Shown here in pieces: positions 17,137 through 26,414 of a stretch of DNA of 35,787 nucleotides. Numbering within the stretch: position 1 is the stretch's first letter; each line of letters starts with the position of its first letter. The stretch comes from Gemmatimonadota bacterium (GTDB lineage: Bacteria > Gemmatimonadota > Gemmatimonadetes > JACCXV01 > JAHWKZ01). The position numbers and the translations under genes are program-made. The notes below the pieces were generated by a model. The model saw only the letters and a list, made by a program, of their open reading frames with translations, had not been told where the DNA came from and searched no databases. The stretch covers positions 1 to 35,787 of the forward strand of contig DASSBK010000221.1 of NCBI GenBank assembly GCA_035698825.1. The letters are read 5' to 3'.

Positions 17137-18887
17137 CCCGGCGCCGGCTCGGCACGGCCGCGACGTGCGTCGCGTCGCTGGCGCTGGTGCTCGTGGCGGT
17201 CCACGTGGCGGGCGCGCAGGAGCCGGCGGTCGTCGGGCCGCGCGAGTACGGCTCGTTCCCGTGGATCGGCAGCCGGACCGCCGTCTGGATCGCGGCCGAG
17301 GTGCATCTCATGTTCGCCGCCTTCGTCCTCGGCGTGCCGATTTTCGCGGTCGCGGCCGAAGGCATCGGGATCTTCGGCGGGGACGAGCGCTACGATCGCC
17401 TGTCCAAGGAGTTCACGCGGCTCCTCCTCATCGCTTACAGCGCAACCGCGATGTGGGGTGCCGTCCTGGTCTTCTTCCTGACCACGCTCTACCCGCGGTT
17501 CTGGGCCCACATGACGGAGATCTTCGAGGTCTCGATGTGGATCTACGTGGGTCTGTTCTTCGTCGAATCATTCACGCTCTATCTCTACTACTACGGCTGG
17601 GACCGCTGGAAGCACGGGCGCGCGAAGATCGGGCACTGGACGCTGGGGATCCTGCTCAACCTCTGGGGCACCGCGGTCCTGTTCATCGCCGACAGCTGGC
17701 TCACGTACATGATGAGCCCGCCGGCGACAGTCACGCCCGACACCTCGCCGGCCATGGTCCAGTTCTGGAGCGCCTTCGCCAACGCCACCTGGATGCCGAT
17801 CAACATCCATCGGCTGATCGCCAACGTGGTTTTCGGCGGCTCGGTGGTGGCGGCCTATGCCGGCTACCGCTTCCTCTCCTCGCGCACGGACGAGGAGCGC
17901 GCGCACTACGACTGGATGGGCTACGTCGGCAACCTGATCGCCATCGGCGCCCTGATCGTGCTGCCCTTCGCCGGCTACTACCTGGGCCGCGAGATCTACG
18001 AGTACAACCAGCAGATGGGCATCACGATGATGGGCGGCTTCATGTCCTGGCTGTGGATCATCCAGGCGTTCCTGATCGGGGTCCTGTTCCTGGCGGGCAA
18101 CTACTACCTCTGGGTGGGGATGGGACGGATTCCGGGAGCGGAGCGCTTCCTACCCTACACGAAATGGATGCTGCTGGTCCTGATCATCGGCGTGATCGTG
18201 TGGTCGACGCCGCACACGATGATCGCCGACAGGGCCGAGCTCGAGGCGATGGGCGGCTCTCACCATCCGTTCCTCGGCGTCCTGGGCGTCATGAGCGCCA
18301 AGAACACCGCCGTCAACCTCATGATCCTGACGACGTTCCTTTCGTTTCTGCTGTACCGCCGGGCGAACCGGCGACCGGTCGTGTCGTGGACGCGGACGGG
18401 AACGATCCTCCAGGCCGGGCTGTTCATGATCGCGGCCGCGGTGGTCCTCTTCTACGGAGTGTACGGCTACTTCGTGAGCGCGATCGTCCGGATCGGGTTC
18501 AGCGTGTATCAGGTGCTGGCGGTCCTGGCCACGATCGTGGGGGTGATGGCGATCGACGTGGCGATGCTGCGGGGGTCGGAATCGCGCGGTGCGATCCGCT
18601 GGGGCCAGATGCCGCCGCGCTCCCAGTACGCGCTGTTCGTCCTGGTCGTCACGTTCACCTGGCTCATGGGCCTGATGGGGTTCGCGCGGAGCGGCATCCG
18701 CCAGCACTGGCACGTGTGGGAGGTCATGCGGGACACGAGCGAATGGGCCGCGACTCCCGCGCTGGGATACGCGGCGCAGATCATCAGCGTCTGCGTCCTC
18801 ATCTTCCTGGGGCTGATCTCGTTCATCTTCTGGCTGGGCGGGCTGGTCGAGAAGCCCCAGCTCGTCCCCAAGTCCGGAGACCGCTGA
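17133..18887 (+). CDS. CydA-like ('cytochrome bd-like') multipass membrane protein
   Basis: CydA-type N-terminal half: VHLMFAAFVLG, ERYDRLSK, FFVES...YYYGWDR, GHW, YMMSP, IHRLIA. C-terminal MGFARSGIRQHW resembles CydA GRQPW. About 13 hydrophobic segments. Confidence 0.75.
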   Translation: MTRRRLGTAATCVASLALVLVAVHVAGAQEPAVVGPREYGSFPWIGSRTAVWIAAEVHLMFAAFVLGVPIFAVAAEGIGIFGGDERYDRLSKEFTRLLLIAYSATAMWGAVLVFFLTTLYPRFWAHMTEIFEVSMWIYVGLFFVESFTLYLYYYGWDRWKHGRAKIGHWTLGILLNLWGTAVLFIADSWLTYMMSPPATVTPDTSPAMVQFWSAFANATWMPINIHRLIANVVFGGSVVAAYAGYRFLSSRTDEERAHYDWMGYVGNLIAIGALIVLPFAGYYLGREIYEYNQQMGITMMGGFMSWLWIIQAFLIGVLFLAGNYYLWVGMGRIPGAERFLPYTKWMLLVLIIGVIVWSTPHTMIADRAELEAMGGSHHPFLGVLGVMSAKNTAVNLMILTTFLSFLLYRRANRRPVVSWTRTGTILQAGLFMIAAAVVLFYGVYGYFVSAIVRIGFSVYQVLAVLATIVGVMAIDVAMLRGSESRGAIRWGQMPPRSQYALFVLVVTFTWLMGLMGFARSGIRQHWHVWEVMRDTSEWAATPALGYAAQIISVCVLIFLGLISFIFWLGGLVEKPQLVPKSGDR

Positions 18888-19687
18888 TGTGGGGCACGAA
18901 CCTCCGGGTCCTCGCCGTCGTGCTGGGGACCGTCGCGGCTTACACGCTGCTGGCCAACGCGATCCCGCAGGTCGAGTCGGAGGTCCCCGAGGAGCTGACG
19001 TTCACCGGCGACGTGAGCCCCGAGCAGCTGATCGAGGCCGGGGAGGAGCTGTTCAACGGGGCCGGCGGATGCACGGCCTGCCACGGGCTCGGCACGCGGG
19101 CGCCGAACCTGCTGACCGATCAGGGCGGACTGGGCGCGATCGGCGCGCGCTGCGGACAACGCGTCGAGGGCGAGGACTGCAAGGCCTATCTGCACCAGTC
19201 GATGGTCGATCCGAACGCGTACGTGGTGGAGGGCTTCCAGCCGATCATGCCGGACATGTCGCGCACGCTGTCGGAAGCGCAGATCTGGTCGATGATCGCA
19301 TTTCTGCAGAGCCAGGGCGGGGAGGTAACCGTCACCGCCGCCGATCTGCAGGCGGCGGCCGAAACGGAGCCCGGCGCGGCGGCGGGGACGGCGGCCACGG
19401 CCGGTACCGGCCCCAGCGCGACCACCGACCCCGTGGCCCTCATCCAGGAGCTCCAGTGCCTCGCCTGCCACAAGCTGGGCGCGGAGGGGCAGGAGGTGGG
19501 GCCGCACTTCGACGGCATGGGCTCGCGTCTGTCGCCCGACGAGATCCGGCAGGCGATCCTCGATCCCGCGGCCTCGGTCTCGCCGGGCTTCGAGCAGTTC
19601 GCCGGGGTGATGCCGCCGAACTTCGGCTCGCGGCTGACGGCCTCGCAGCTCGAGGCGATCGTCGGCTTCCTGGCGGCGCGGAAGTGA
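18887..19687 (+). CDS. Membrane-anchored diheme c-type cytochrome
   Basis: N-terminal TM segment, CTACH and CLACH each followed by an MP motif (IMPD, VMPP). TGATG coupling. Confidence 0.88.
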   Translation: MWGTNLRVLAVVLGTVAAYTLLANAIPQVESEVPEELTFTGDVSPEQLIEAGEELFNGAGGCTACHGLGTRAPNLLTDQGGLGAIGARCGQRVEGEDCKAYLHQSMVDPNAYVVEGFQPIMPDMSRTLSEAQIWSMIAFLQSQGGEVTVTAADLQAAAETEPGAAAGTAATAGTGPSATTDPVALIQELQCLACHKLGAEGQEVGPHFDGMGSRLSPDEIRQAILDPAASVSPGFEQFAGVMPPNFGSRLTASQLEAIVGFLAARK

Positions 19688-19697
19688 GGCATACGCC

Positions 19698-20489
19698 GTG
19701 AGGCTCCTGCGCCATCCGTTCTGGCAGGCGGTCGCGATCCTGGTGATCGCCTACCTCCTGATCACCTACGGGATCCCGTACCTGCCCGCGCTGATTGGCA
19801 TGGAGAGCGCCCCGGTTCCCGGATCGGTCGTGCTGCAGTACATGGCGACCGTGCTGGTGGGGGTCCTGATCTGGGTCAGCGACAGCGACGAGCGGTGGAA
19901 CCGATTCCTGGAGCCGATCCGATCGACGATGGTCGACGGCAACAGGCGCTGGCTGCGGCTCGGGCTCATGGTCGCGATCCCGCTCCTGGTCGGGCTGCTC
20001 GCCTTCCGTCAGGTGCGGCAGACGGTCGCCGCACCGCCCGCCCTGCGCTCGATCCACCCCGCGCCCCCCTCGTCGATCACGTTCCGCGGTCGGCCGCTGA
20101 ACCTCGCGGGGCTCGACAACCCGCTCCGGGGGGACGGCTCGATCACGGAAGACTACGAGGAGGGCAAGCGGGTCTACTATCAGAATTGCCTCCCCTGCCA
20201 CGGCGATGGGCTCGACGGGCGCGGCCATTTCGCGCACGGCTTCACACCGGCCCCGCTGCCGTTCAACGACTCCGGCACGATCCCGCAGCTGACCGAGAGC
20301 TTCGTATTCTGGCGGATCGCCAAGGGCGGCCCGGGCCTCCCCAAGGAGGGAACGCCCTGGAACAGCGCGATGCCGGTCTGGGAGGAGATCCTCACCGAAG
20401 AGGAGATCTGGTCGGTCATCGTCTTCCTCTACGAGCAGACCGGCGCGACTCCCCGCACGTGGGCAGAGGCCGGGGAGGGGGCTGAATGA
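19698..20489 (+). CDS. Membrane-bound monoheme c-type cytochrome with three N-terminal TM helices
   Basis: Three hydrophobic segments, then YYQNCLPCHG and SAMPVW. Confidence 0.85.
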   Translation: MRLLRHPFWQAVAILVIAYLLITYGIPYLPALIGMESAPVPGSVVLQYMATVLVGVLIWVSDSDERWNRFLEPIRSTMVDGNRRWLRLGLMVAIPLLVGLLAFRQVRQTVAAPPALRSIHPAPPSSITFRGRPLNLAGLDNPLRGDGSITEDYEEGKRVYYQNCLPCHGDGLDGRGHFAHGFTPAPLPFNDSGTIPQLTESFVFWRIAKGGPGLPKEGTPWNSAMPVWEEILTEEEIWSVIVFLYEQTGATPRTWAEAGEGAE

Positions 20490-22129
20490 GGTTTCCGGCG
20501 CGCATGGCTTGGCCCCTGCTGGCGGCCCTCTTCGTGGCGCCCGCGTCCGTGACCGCGCAGGACTCCCAGACCGGGAAGGCGGAGTACGACCGGTGGTGTG
20601 CCGGCTGTCACGGCGTGGACGGCAAGGGGGATGGCCCGGGTGCCGGGACGATGATGCCGCGGCCGCGCGACTTCACGACCGGCCGCTACCAGATCCGCTC
20701 GACGCCGAGCGGCGCGCTCCCCACGGACGAGGACCTCACGAGTGTGATCCTGGACGGGATGCCCGGCACCGCGATGCCCGGATGGCGGGACCACTTCGGC
20801 GAGCGCGAGGTGCAGGAACTGGTCGCCCACATCAAGTCGTTCTCGCCGTTCTTCGAGAGCCAGCCGGCCCCCGAGCCGGTGGAGATCGTGTCGGCTCCCG
20901 GAGCGGACGATGCGGCGCTCGCGGAGGGTCGGGAGTTCTACGAGAAGATCGAGTGCAACAAGTGCCACGGCGAGGCGGGCAGAGGGGATGGTCCGTCGGC
21001 GCCCACGCTCGAGGACGACGACGACCGGCCGATACGCGCCGCCGATCTCACCGAGAACTGGTTCTTCAACGGCGGGGGGTCGGTGGAGGAGATCCACGAG
21101 CGTCTGGTCACGGGCCTCAACGGAACGCCGATGCCTTCGTTCCAGGACCTGATCGCCGCCGAGTTCATGACCGAGGAGCAGTTATGGCACGTGGCGCAGT
21201 ACGTCCGGAGCCTGGCGCCCGAGGAGCCCCCGGTCGTGCGGGAGGTCGTTCGCGCCGGGCGGGTGGAGGGCGATCTGCCGGCGTCGGTGGACGACGCCGC
21301 ATGGGAGACCGCCGAGCGCTTCTACGTGCCGCTCGTCGGACAGGTAATCGCCCGCCCGCGCTGGTTCTCGCCCACCGTGGACGGCGTATGGGTCCAGGCG
21401 CTTCACAACGGTCGAGAGCTGACGATGCGCCTCGTGTGGCACGACCCGTCGGAAAGCCCCGATCCGGACTGGGACGAGTGGCGGGACAAGGTGCTCGCGC
21501 TGATGGCGTTCGCCGACGCGCCGGTCGCGGAGTCGCCCGATTCGGCCGCCGCCGAGGCACCGGCGGAGTCCGCGCCGGGGGGCGGGGCCGATACGACGGC
21601 GGTCGCCGCCGCCTCGCCGGGGGCACCCTTCCCGGACGCGTTGGTGGTTCAGTTCCCGCGCTCCATCCCCGAGGGCATGGAGCGGCCCTATTTCCTCATG
21701 GGCGACGATCGCGATCCGGTGTATCTCTGGCGCTGGGAAAGCGGACGGCAGGCGAGCGAGATGCTGGCGCGCGGGCTGGCGAGGTACGAGCCTCTCGGCG
21801 GCGCCCAGGCCGGAGCCGTGACGGCCGAGGCCGTGTTCGACCAGGGCGAGTGGCGACTCATGCTGCGCCGGACGATGGACGCGGAAGGAGTCGCGGATCG
21901 CCTCGGCTTCGAGCCAGGGCGCGCGATCCCGATGGCGCTGTTCGCGTGGGACGGGTCCAACGGAGAGACGGGAACGCAAGGGGCGATCGGAAGCTGGTAT
22001 TTCCTGTACCTGGATCAGCCGACGGCGAGCACCGTGTACGTGACGCCGGTCCTGGCGACGCTGTTGACTGCGGCGCTGGGCGTGGTGTTGGTCAGGCGGG
22101 CGCAGCGGCGCGCGCGAAACGATGCGTAG
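20486..22129 (+). CDS. Diheme cytochrome c fused to an ethylbenzene-dehydrogenase-gamma (EbdC/DOMON)-like domain, with C-terminal membrane anchor
   Basis: Signal peptide; CAGCHG...PRPRDF...GMPGTAMP; CNKCHG...GTPMP; then VQALHNG..L.WHDP, DALVVQFP, PYFLMG, GEW...R, AWDG; C-terminal TM followed by RR. Confidence 0.82.
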   Translation: MRFPARMAWPLLAALFVAPASVTAQDSQTGKAEYDRWCAGCHGVDGKGDGPGAGTMMPRPRDFTTGRYQIRSTPSGALPTDEDLTSVILDGMPGTAMPGWRDHFGEREVQELVAHIKSFSPFFESQPAPEPVEIVSAPGADDAALAEGREFYEKIECNKCHGEAGRGDGPSAPTLEDDDDRPIRAADLTENWFFNGGGSVEEIHERLVTGLNGTPMPSFQDLIAAEFMTEEQLWHVAQYVRSLAPEEPPVVREVVRAGRVEGDLPASVDDAAWETAERFYVPLVGQVIARPRWFSPTVDGVWVQALHNGRELTMRLVWHDPSESPDPDWDEWRDKVLALMAFADAPVAESPDSAAAEAPAESAPGGGADTTAVAAASPGAPFPDALVVQFPRSIPEGMERPYFLMGDDRDPVYLWRWESGRQASEMLARGLARYEPLGGAQAGAVTAEAVFDQGEWRLMLRRTMDAEGVADRLGFEPGRAIPMALFAWDGSNGETGTQGAIGSWYFLYLDQPTASTVYVTPVLATLLTAALGVVLVRRAQRRARNDA

Positions 22130-22166
22130 GGTTGTCGCGAACCGAATCAAACCAAGGAGGACGCTG

Positions 22167-23021
22167 ATGAGACATTCGATCGAGGCGCTGGCCGCGAGCT
22201 TGCTGGTCGTCGCGCTAGCCTGCGGCGGTGGCGGCGAGGAGGCGGACACCGGGGGAGACGTAGCGGTGGACGAGGAGGCGGGGCCCGCCGTCAGCCCGGA
22301 CAGCGCGGCGACGATTACGGGCGTCGTGAACTTCACCGGCACCGCGCCGGCCGGGGAGCCCATCGACATGAGCGAAGAGCCGACGTGCGCGGAACAGCAC
22401 ACCGAGCCGCCCATGAGAATGCAGGTCGTTGCGGCGGACGGAAAGCTCGCCAACGTCTTCGTGTACGTGAAGGAGGGGTTGGGTGACCGCCGATTCCCGG
22501 TCTCGCAGGAAGGGGTCACGATCGACCAGCGGGGCTGCGAGTATCATCCGCACATCATCGCCATCCAGACGGGACAGGATCTGATCGTCAAGAATTCCGA
22601 CGGGATCCTGCACAACATCAACACGCAGCCGTCCGTGAATCAGGGCTTCAACGTGAGCCAGCCGGTGGCGATGGAGACCACCAAGACGTTCACGTCCCCC
22701 GAGGTGATGATTCCCGTGAAATGCGACGTGCACGGGTGGATGGAGGCCTTCATCGGCGTGCAGGACCATCCGTACATGGCGGTGAGCGGCGCGGACGGAA
22801 CGTTCACGCTCGAGAACCTGCCGCCGGGCACGTATACCATCGAGGCCTGGCACGAGCTGTACGGCACCCAGACACAGACCGTCACCGTCGCGGCCCAGGG
22901 GACGGGTCAGGTCACGTTCGACTACTCGAGCGATATGGCGGGCAACCCGGTGCCGATGGGGGATCCGATCGACCTCCACGAGCACGACGGGCACGTCCGG
23001 GTCGCGTCCGCGGGCCGGTAG
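22167..23021 (+). CDS. Lipoprotein with cupredoxin-like domain and carboxypeptidase-regulatory-like beta-sandwich
   Basis: AAGGAGG SD; lipobox ALA-C; IDQRGCEYHP, NSDGILHN and KCDVHGWM (type-1 Cu-like His/Cys/His/Met); GTFTLENLPPGTYTIEAWHE. Confidence 0.8.
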   Translation: MRHSIEALAASLLVVALACGGGGEEADTGGDVAVDEEAGPAVSPDSAATITGVVNFTGTAPAGEPIDMSEEPTCAEQHTEPPMRMQVVAADGKLANVFVYVKEGLGDRRFPVSQEGVTIDQRGCEYHPHIIAIQTGQDLIVKNSDGILHNINTQPSVNQGFNVSQPVAMETTKTFTSPEVMIPVKCDVHGWMEAFIGVQDHPYMAVSGADGTFTLENLPPGTYTIEAWHELYGTQTQTVTVAAQGTGQVTFDYSSDMAGNPVPMGDPIDLHEHDGHVRVASAGR

Positions 23022-23048
23022 CGTGCGCGCCACGGCGAGGGGGGAGTA

Positions 23049-23840
23049 ATGGACTGGGGCTGGTTGATGTCGGAGCCGGCTTCGACGTTCGGCTCCAAGA
23101 TCGACTCCATCTACTATGTGATCCTGGTGATCACAGGGGTGATCTTCGTGCTCGTGGAGGGCGCGCTGATCGTGTTCCTGTTGAAGTACCGGCACCGCGA
23201 GGGTCGGCGGGCGGAATACTCCCATGGACACACCAAGCTGGAGGCGGTGTGGACGATCATCCCCTTCATCCTCGTCATGGCGATCGCCTGGATGAGCATG
23301 GATGTGTGGCTCGAAGCGAAGATCGCGGATGGCCATGCGCCGGCGGACGCACTGCCGCTGCGCGTGACGGCGAAGCAGTTCGAGTGGAATGTCACCTATC
23401 CCGGGCCCGACGAGAAGCTCGACACCCCCGACGACTTCGTGAAGAGGAACCAGCTCCACCTTCCTGTGGGCAGGGCCGTGAGGGTCGACCTGGCCAGCGA
23501 GGACGTGATCCACTCGTTCTTCCTGCCTGTGTTCCGGGTGAAGCAGGACGCGGTACCCGGCATGGTGATTCCGGTGTGGTTCGAGGCGACGAAGGCGGGT
23601 GAGTACCCGCTGGGCTGCGCCGAGCTGTGCGGTCTCGGCCACTACCGGATGCGCGGCTCGGTCACCGTGCACGAGGCGGCGGCGTTCGACTCGTGGGTCG
23701 CTGAGGAGGGATCGGCGCCGGCCGCGGAGACGCCGGCGCCCGCGGACACCACCGGTGGCGGGGCCGAGGCAGCCGAAGCCGCCGCGGCCCCGGGCCACGA
23801 TCATCAGCAACCATCCAGCGAAGGAGAGGGGCGGGCATGA
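23049..23840 (+). CDS. coxB: Cytochrome c oxidase subunit II (CuA, no fused cytochrome c)
   Basis: Two TM helices, LEAVWTIIP, QFEW, DVIHSF and CAELCGLGHYRM. Confidence 0.93.
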   Translation: MDWGWLMSEPASTFGSKIDSIYYVILVITGVIFVLVEGALIVFLLKYRHREGRRAEYSHGHTKLEAVWTIIPFILVMAIAWMSMDVWLEAKIADGHAPADALPLRVTAKQFEWNVTYPGPDEKLDTPDDFVKRNQLHLPVGRAVRVDLASEDVIHSFFLPVFRVKQDAVPGMVIPVWFEATKAGEYPLGCAELCGLGHYRMRGSVTVHEAAAFDSWVAEEGSAPAAETPAPADTTGGGAEAAEAAAAPGHDHQQPSSEGEGRA

Positions 23841-25627
23841 GCACGGTGCCGATCGAAATCGGGCATCCGTCGGTTCAGCACTGGGCGGAGCCCGGCCACG
23901 CAGACCACAGGTCGTTCCTGCGGAAGTACATCTTCTCCACCGATCACAAGGTGATCGGGTGTCAGTTCCTGATCATGAGCCTCACGTTCCTGCTGATCGG
24001 CGGGTTGCTGGCGATGCTCATCCGCTGGCAGCTGGGCTGGCCGGGAACGGCGGTTCCGGGCGGCGCGATCCTCGGGGATGCGAAAGCTCCCGGGGGGATC
24101 ATCCTGCCCGAGTTCTACAACTCCCTGGTCACCATGCACGGCACGATCATGATCTTCTTCGCGATCATGCCGCTACTCGTGGGCGTGTTCGGCAACTGGC
24201 TGATCCCTCTCCACGTCGGTGCGGCCGACATGGCCTTCCCGCGGCTCAACATGGCGTCGTTCTGGACCGCCCTTCCCGCCGGGGTGATCATGCTGAGCAG
24301 CTTCTTCGTCACCGGGGGATCGGCGGCGGCCGGCTGGACGGCCTACGCGCCCCTCTCCGCGAGCCCCGAGCTGAGCGGCGTCTACATGGGGCAGAAGCTC
24401 TGGTGTCTCAGCCTGATCGTGCTCGGATTCTCATCGCTGATGGGCGCGGTCAACTACATCACGACGATCGTGAACATGCGCGCTCCGGGCATGAAGTGGA
24501 TGCGCCTGCCGCTTCCGATCTGGGCGCTGTTCATTACCGCGATCCTGGTCCTGCTGGCGATTCCGGTCTTGACCGGAGCGCTGATCCTGCTCCTCTTCGA
24601 TCAGACGATCGGGACGACGTTCTTCCTGCCGAAGGACGGCGGACAGCCGCTCATGTGGCAGCACCTGTTCTGGTACTTCGGGCACCCCGAGGTCTACATC
24701 CTGATCCTGCCGGCCATGGGAATCGCCTCCGAGGTCATCTCCAATGGCTCGCGGAAGCCGATCTTCGGCTACAAGTTCATGGTCTACGCGATCGTCGCGA
24801 TCGCGTTCCTCGGCTGGATCGTCTGGGGGCACCACATGTTCCAGAGCGGCATGAACCCGCTCCTCGGCGGCGCGTTCATGACCTCGACGATGATCATCGC
24901 GGTGCCCTCGGCGATCAAGGTGTTCAACTGGCTGGGAACCATCTACCGAGGAGACATCCACTTCCACGTGCCGATGCTGAACGCGCTCGCGTTCGTGGCG
25001 ATGTTCGTGATCGGCGGGCTGTCGGGCGTGTTCATGGCGTCGACGCCGGTCGACATCTACATCCACGACACGTACTTCATCGTGGCGCACATCCACTACG
25101 TGCTCTTCGGCGGGAGCCTGTTCGCGATCTTCGCGGGGATCTACTTCTGGTATCCCAAGTTCTTCGGGCGGATGCTGAATCCGACCTTGGGGAAGATCCA
25201 TTTCGCGTTGACCTTCGTGTTCTACAACGCGGTCTTCTTCCCGATGCACAACCTGGGGCTGGACGGCATGATGCGCCGGATCTACGACCCCAACCAGTAC
25301 GAATACCTGGCGCAGTACCAGCCGATGAACACGTTCATCTCCGTGTCCGCGCTGCTGCTGGGGGCATCCCAGCTCATCTTCCTGTTCAACTTCCTGTGGT
25401 CCCTGCGCGGGGGGAAGAAGGCGCCGGCGAACCCCTGGAACTCGAATTCCCTCGAGTGGACGCTGCCGTCGCCGCCGCCCCACGGGAACTTCCCGACCAT
25501 GCCCACCGTCTACCGGGGGCCCTACGAGTACAGCGTGCCGGGACGGGAGGCCGACTACTGGCCGCAGAGCGAACCGCCCGGAGAGCCGGAGCGAAAGGCC
25601 GCCCATCGGGAGGAGGTGCACGCATGA
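23837..25627 (+). CDS. coxA: Cytochrome c oxidase subunit I, A1-type
   Basis: TMHGTIM, DMAFPRLN, GHPEVY, WGHHMF, PSAIK, HDTYFIVAHIHY, GMMRR. Confidence 0.96.
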   Translation: MSTVPIEIGHPSVQHWAEPGHADHRSFLRKYIFSTDHKVIGCQFLIMSLTFLLIGGLLAMLIRWQLGWPGTAVPGGAILGDAKAPGGIILPEFYNSLVTMHGTIMIFFAIMPLLVGVFGNWLIPLHVGAADMAFPRLNMASFWTALPAGVIMLSSFFVTGGSAAAGWTAYAPLSASPELSGVYMGQKLWCLSLIVLGFSSLMGAVNYITTIVNMRAPGMKWMRLPLPIWALFITAILVLLAIPVLTGALILLLFDQTIGTTFFLPKDGGQPLMWQHLFWYFGHPEVYILILPAMGIASEVISNGSRKPIFGYKFMVYAIVAIAFLGWIVWGHHMFQSGMNPLLGGAFMTSTMIIAVPSAIKVFNWLGTIYRGDIHFHVPMLNALAFVAMFVIGGLSGVFMASTPVDIYIHDTYFIVAHIHYVLFGGSLFAIFAGIYFWYPKFFGRMLNPTLGKIHFALTFVFYNAVFFPMHNLGLDGMMRRIYDPNQYEYLAQYQPMNTFISVSALLLGASQLIFLFNFLWSLRGGKKAPANPWNSNSLEWTLPSPPPHGNFPTMPTVYRGPYEYSVPGREADYWPQSEPPGEPERKAAHREEVHA

Positions 25628-26244
25628 GCCACGGCGCCGCGATCTCGGCCACGCACCCGATGGAGGGGATGAAGGTCTACAACCTCAAGCTCGGGATGTG
25701 GGTGTTCCTGCTGTCGGAGGTGATGTTCTTCTCGAGCCTGATCGGGGCCTACATCATCCTGCGGTTCGCGCACCCCGAGCAGTGGGCGGAGCCCAATGTG
25801 GTCCTCAACGTTCCGCTCACGGGTTTCAACACCTTCATGCTGATCTGCAGCTCGGTGACGATGGTCAAGGCCTTCGCCGCGATCGAGCACGGGGATCAGG
25901 CGGGCCTCAGGAAGTGGCTGATCGCGACGATCATCCTGGGCTCGGCGTTCGTCAGCATCCAGGTCTTCGAGTACATCAAGCTCGCCCACGAGGGGTTCGT
26001 TCCCGTCGCGGCGAGATATGCTGCCGAGGGAGGTCCGCTGTACGGTTCGACGTTCTACACCATGACGGGCTTCCACGGCGCCCACGTCACGATCGGGGTG
26101 CTGGCGCTGATCTTCACGACCATCAAGGCGTTCCGGGGGAAATACTCGGCGACGGACTACGGCGGAGTGGAGATCATGGGACTCTACTGGCACTTCGTGG
26201 ATCTGGTGTGGATCATTCTTTTCACAATCGTCTACCTGATTTGA
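25624..26244 (+). CDS. coxC: Cytochrome c oxidase subunit III (short form)
   Basis: GMWVFLLSEVMFF, TGFHGAHV, GLYWHFVDLVW; ATGA overlap with coxA. Confidence 0.93.
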   Translation: MSHGAAISATHPMEGMKVYNLKLGMWVFLLSEVMFFSSLIGAYIILRFAHPEQWAEPNVVLNVPLTGFNTFMLICSSVTMVKAFAAIEHGDQAGLRKWLIATIILGSAFVSIQVFEYIKLAHEGFVPVAARYAAEGGPLYGSTFYTMTGFHGAHVTIGVLALIFTTIKAFRGKYSATDYGGVEIMGLYWHFVDLVWIILFTIVYLI

Positions 26245-26248
26245 TCAG

Positions 26249-26368
26249 GGCGCGTGAAAACGGGCCATCTGCTGCGTTGCGCTCCTCGTGCCGGCCTGCG
26301 GCGTACACTCCGGTACGCCTCGGCCGTCCCTCGTCGCGCGCCTTGCATCTGACCCGTTTTGACGCGCC
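26249..26368. repeat. ~120-bp long-hairpin intergenic element, copy B
   Basis: Terminal inverted repeat GGCGCGTGAAAACGGG/CCCGTTTTGACGCGCC with 1 mismatch; homologous to 2742-2860. Confidence 0.85.
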
Positions 26369-26414
26369 TCCAGCAGCGTCAACCTCACATCGGTCCTGAG
26401 CGGGGAGGAGCTTG

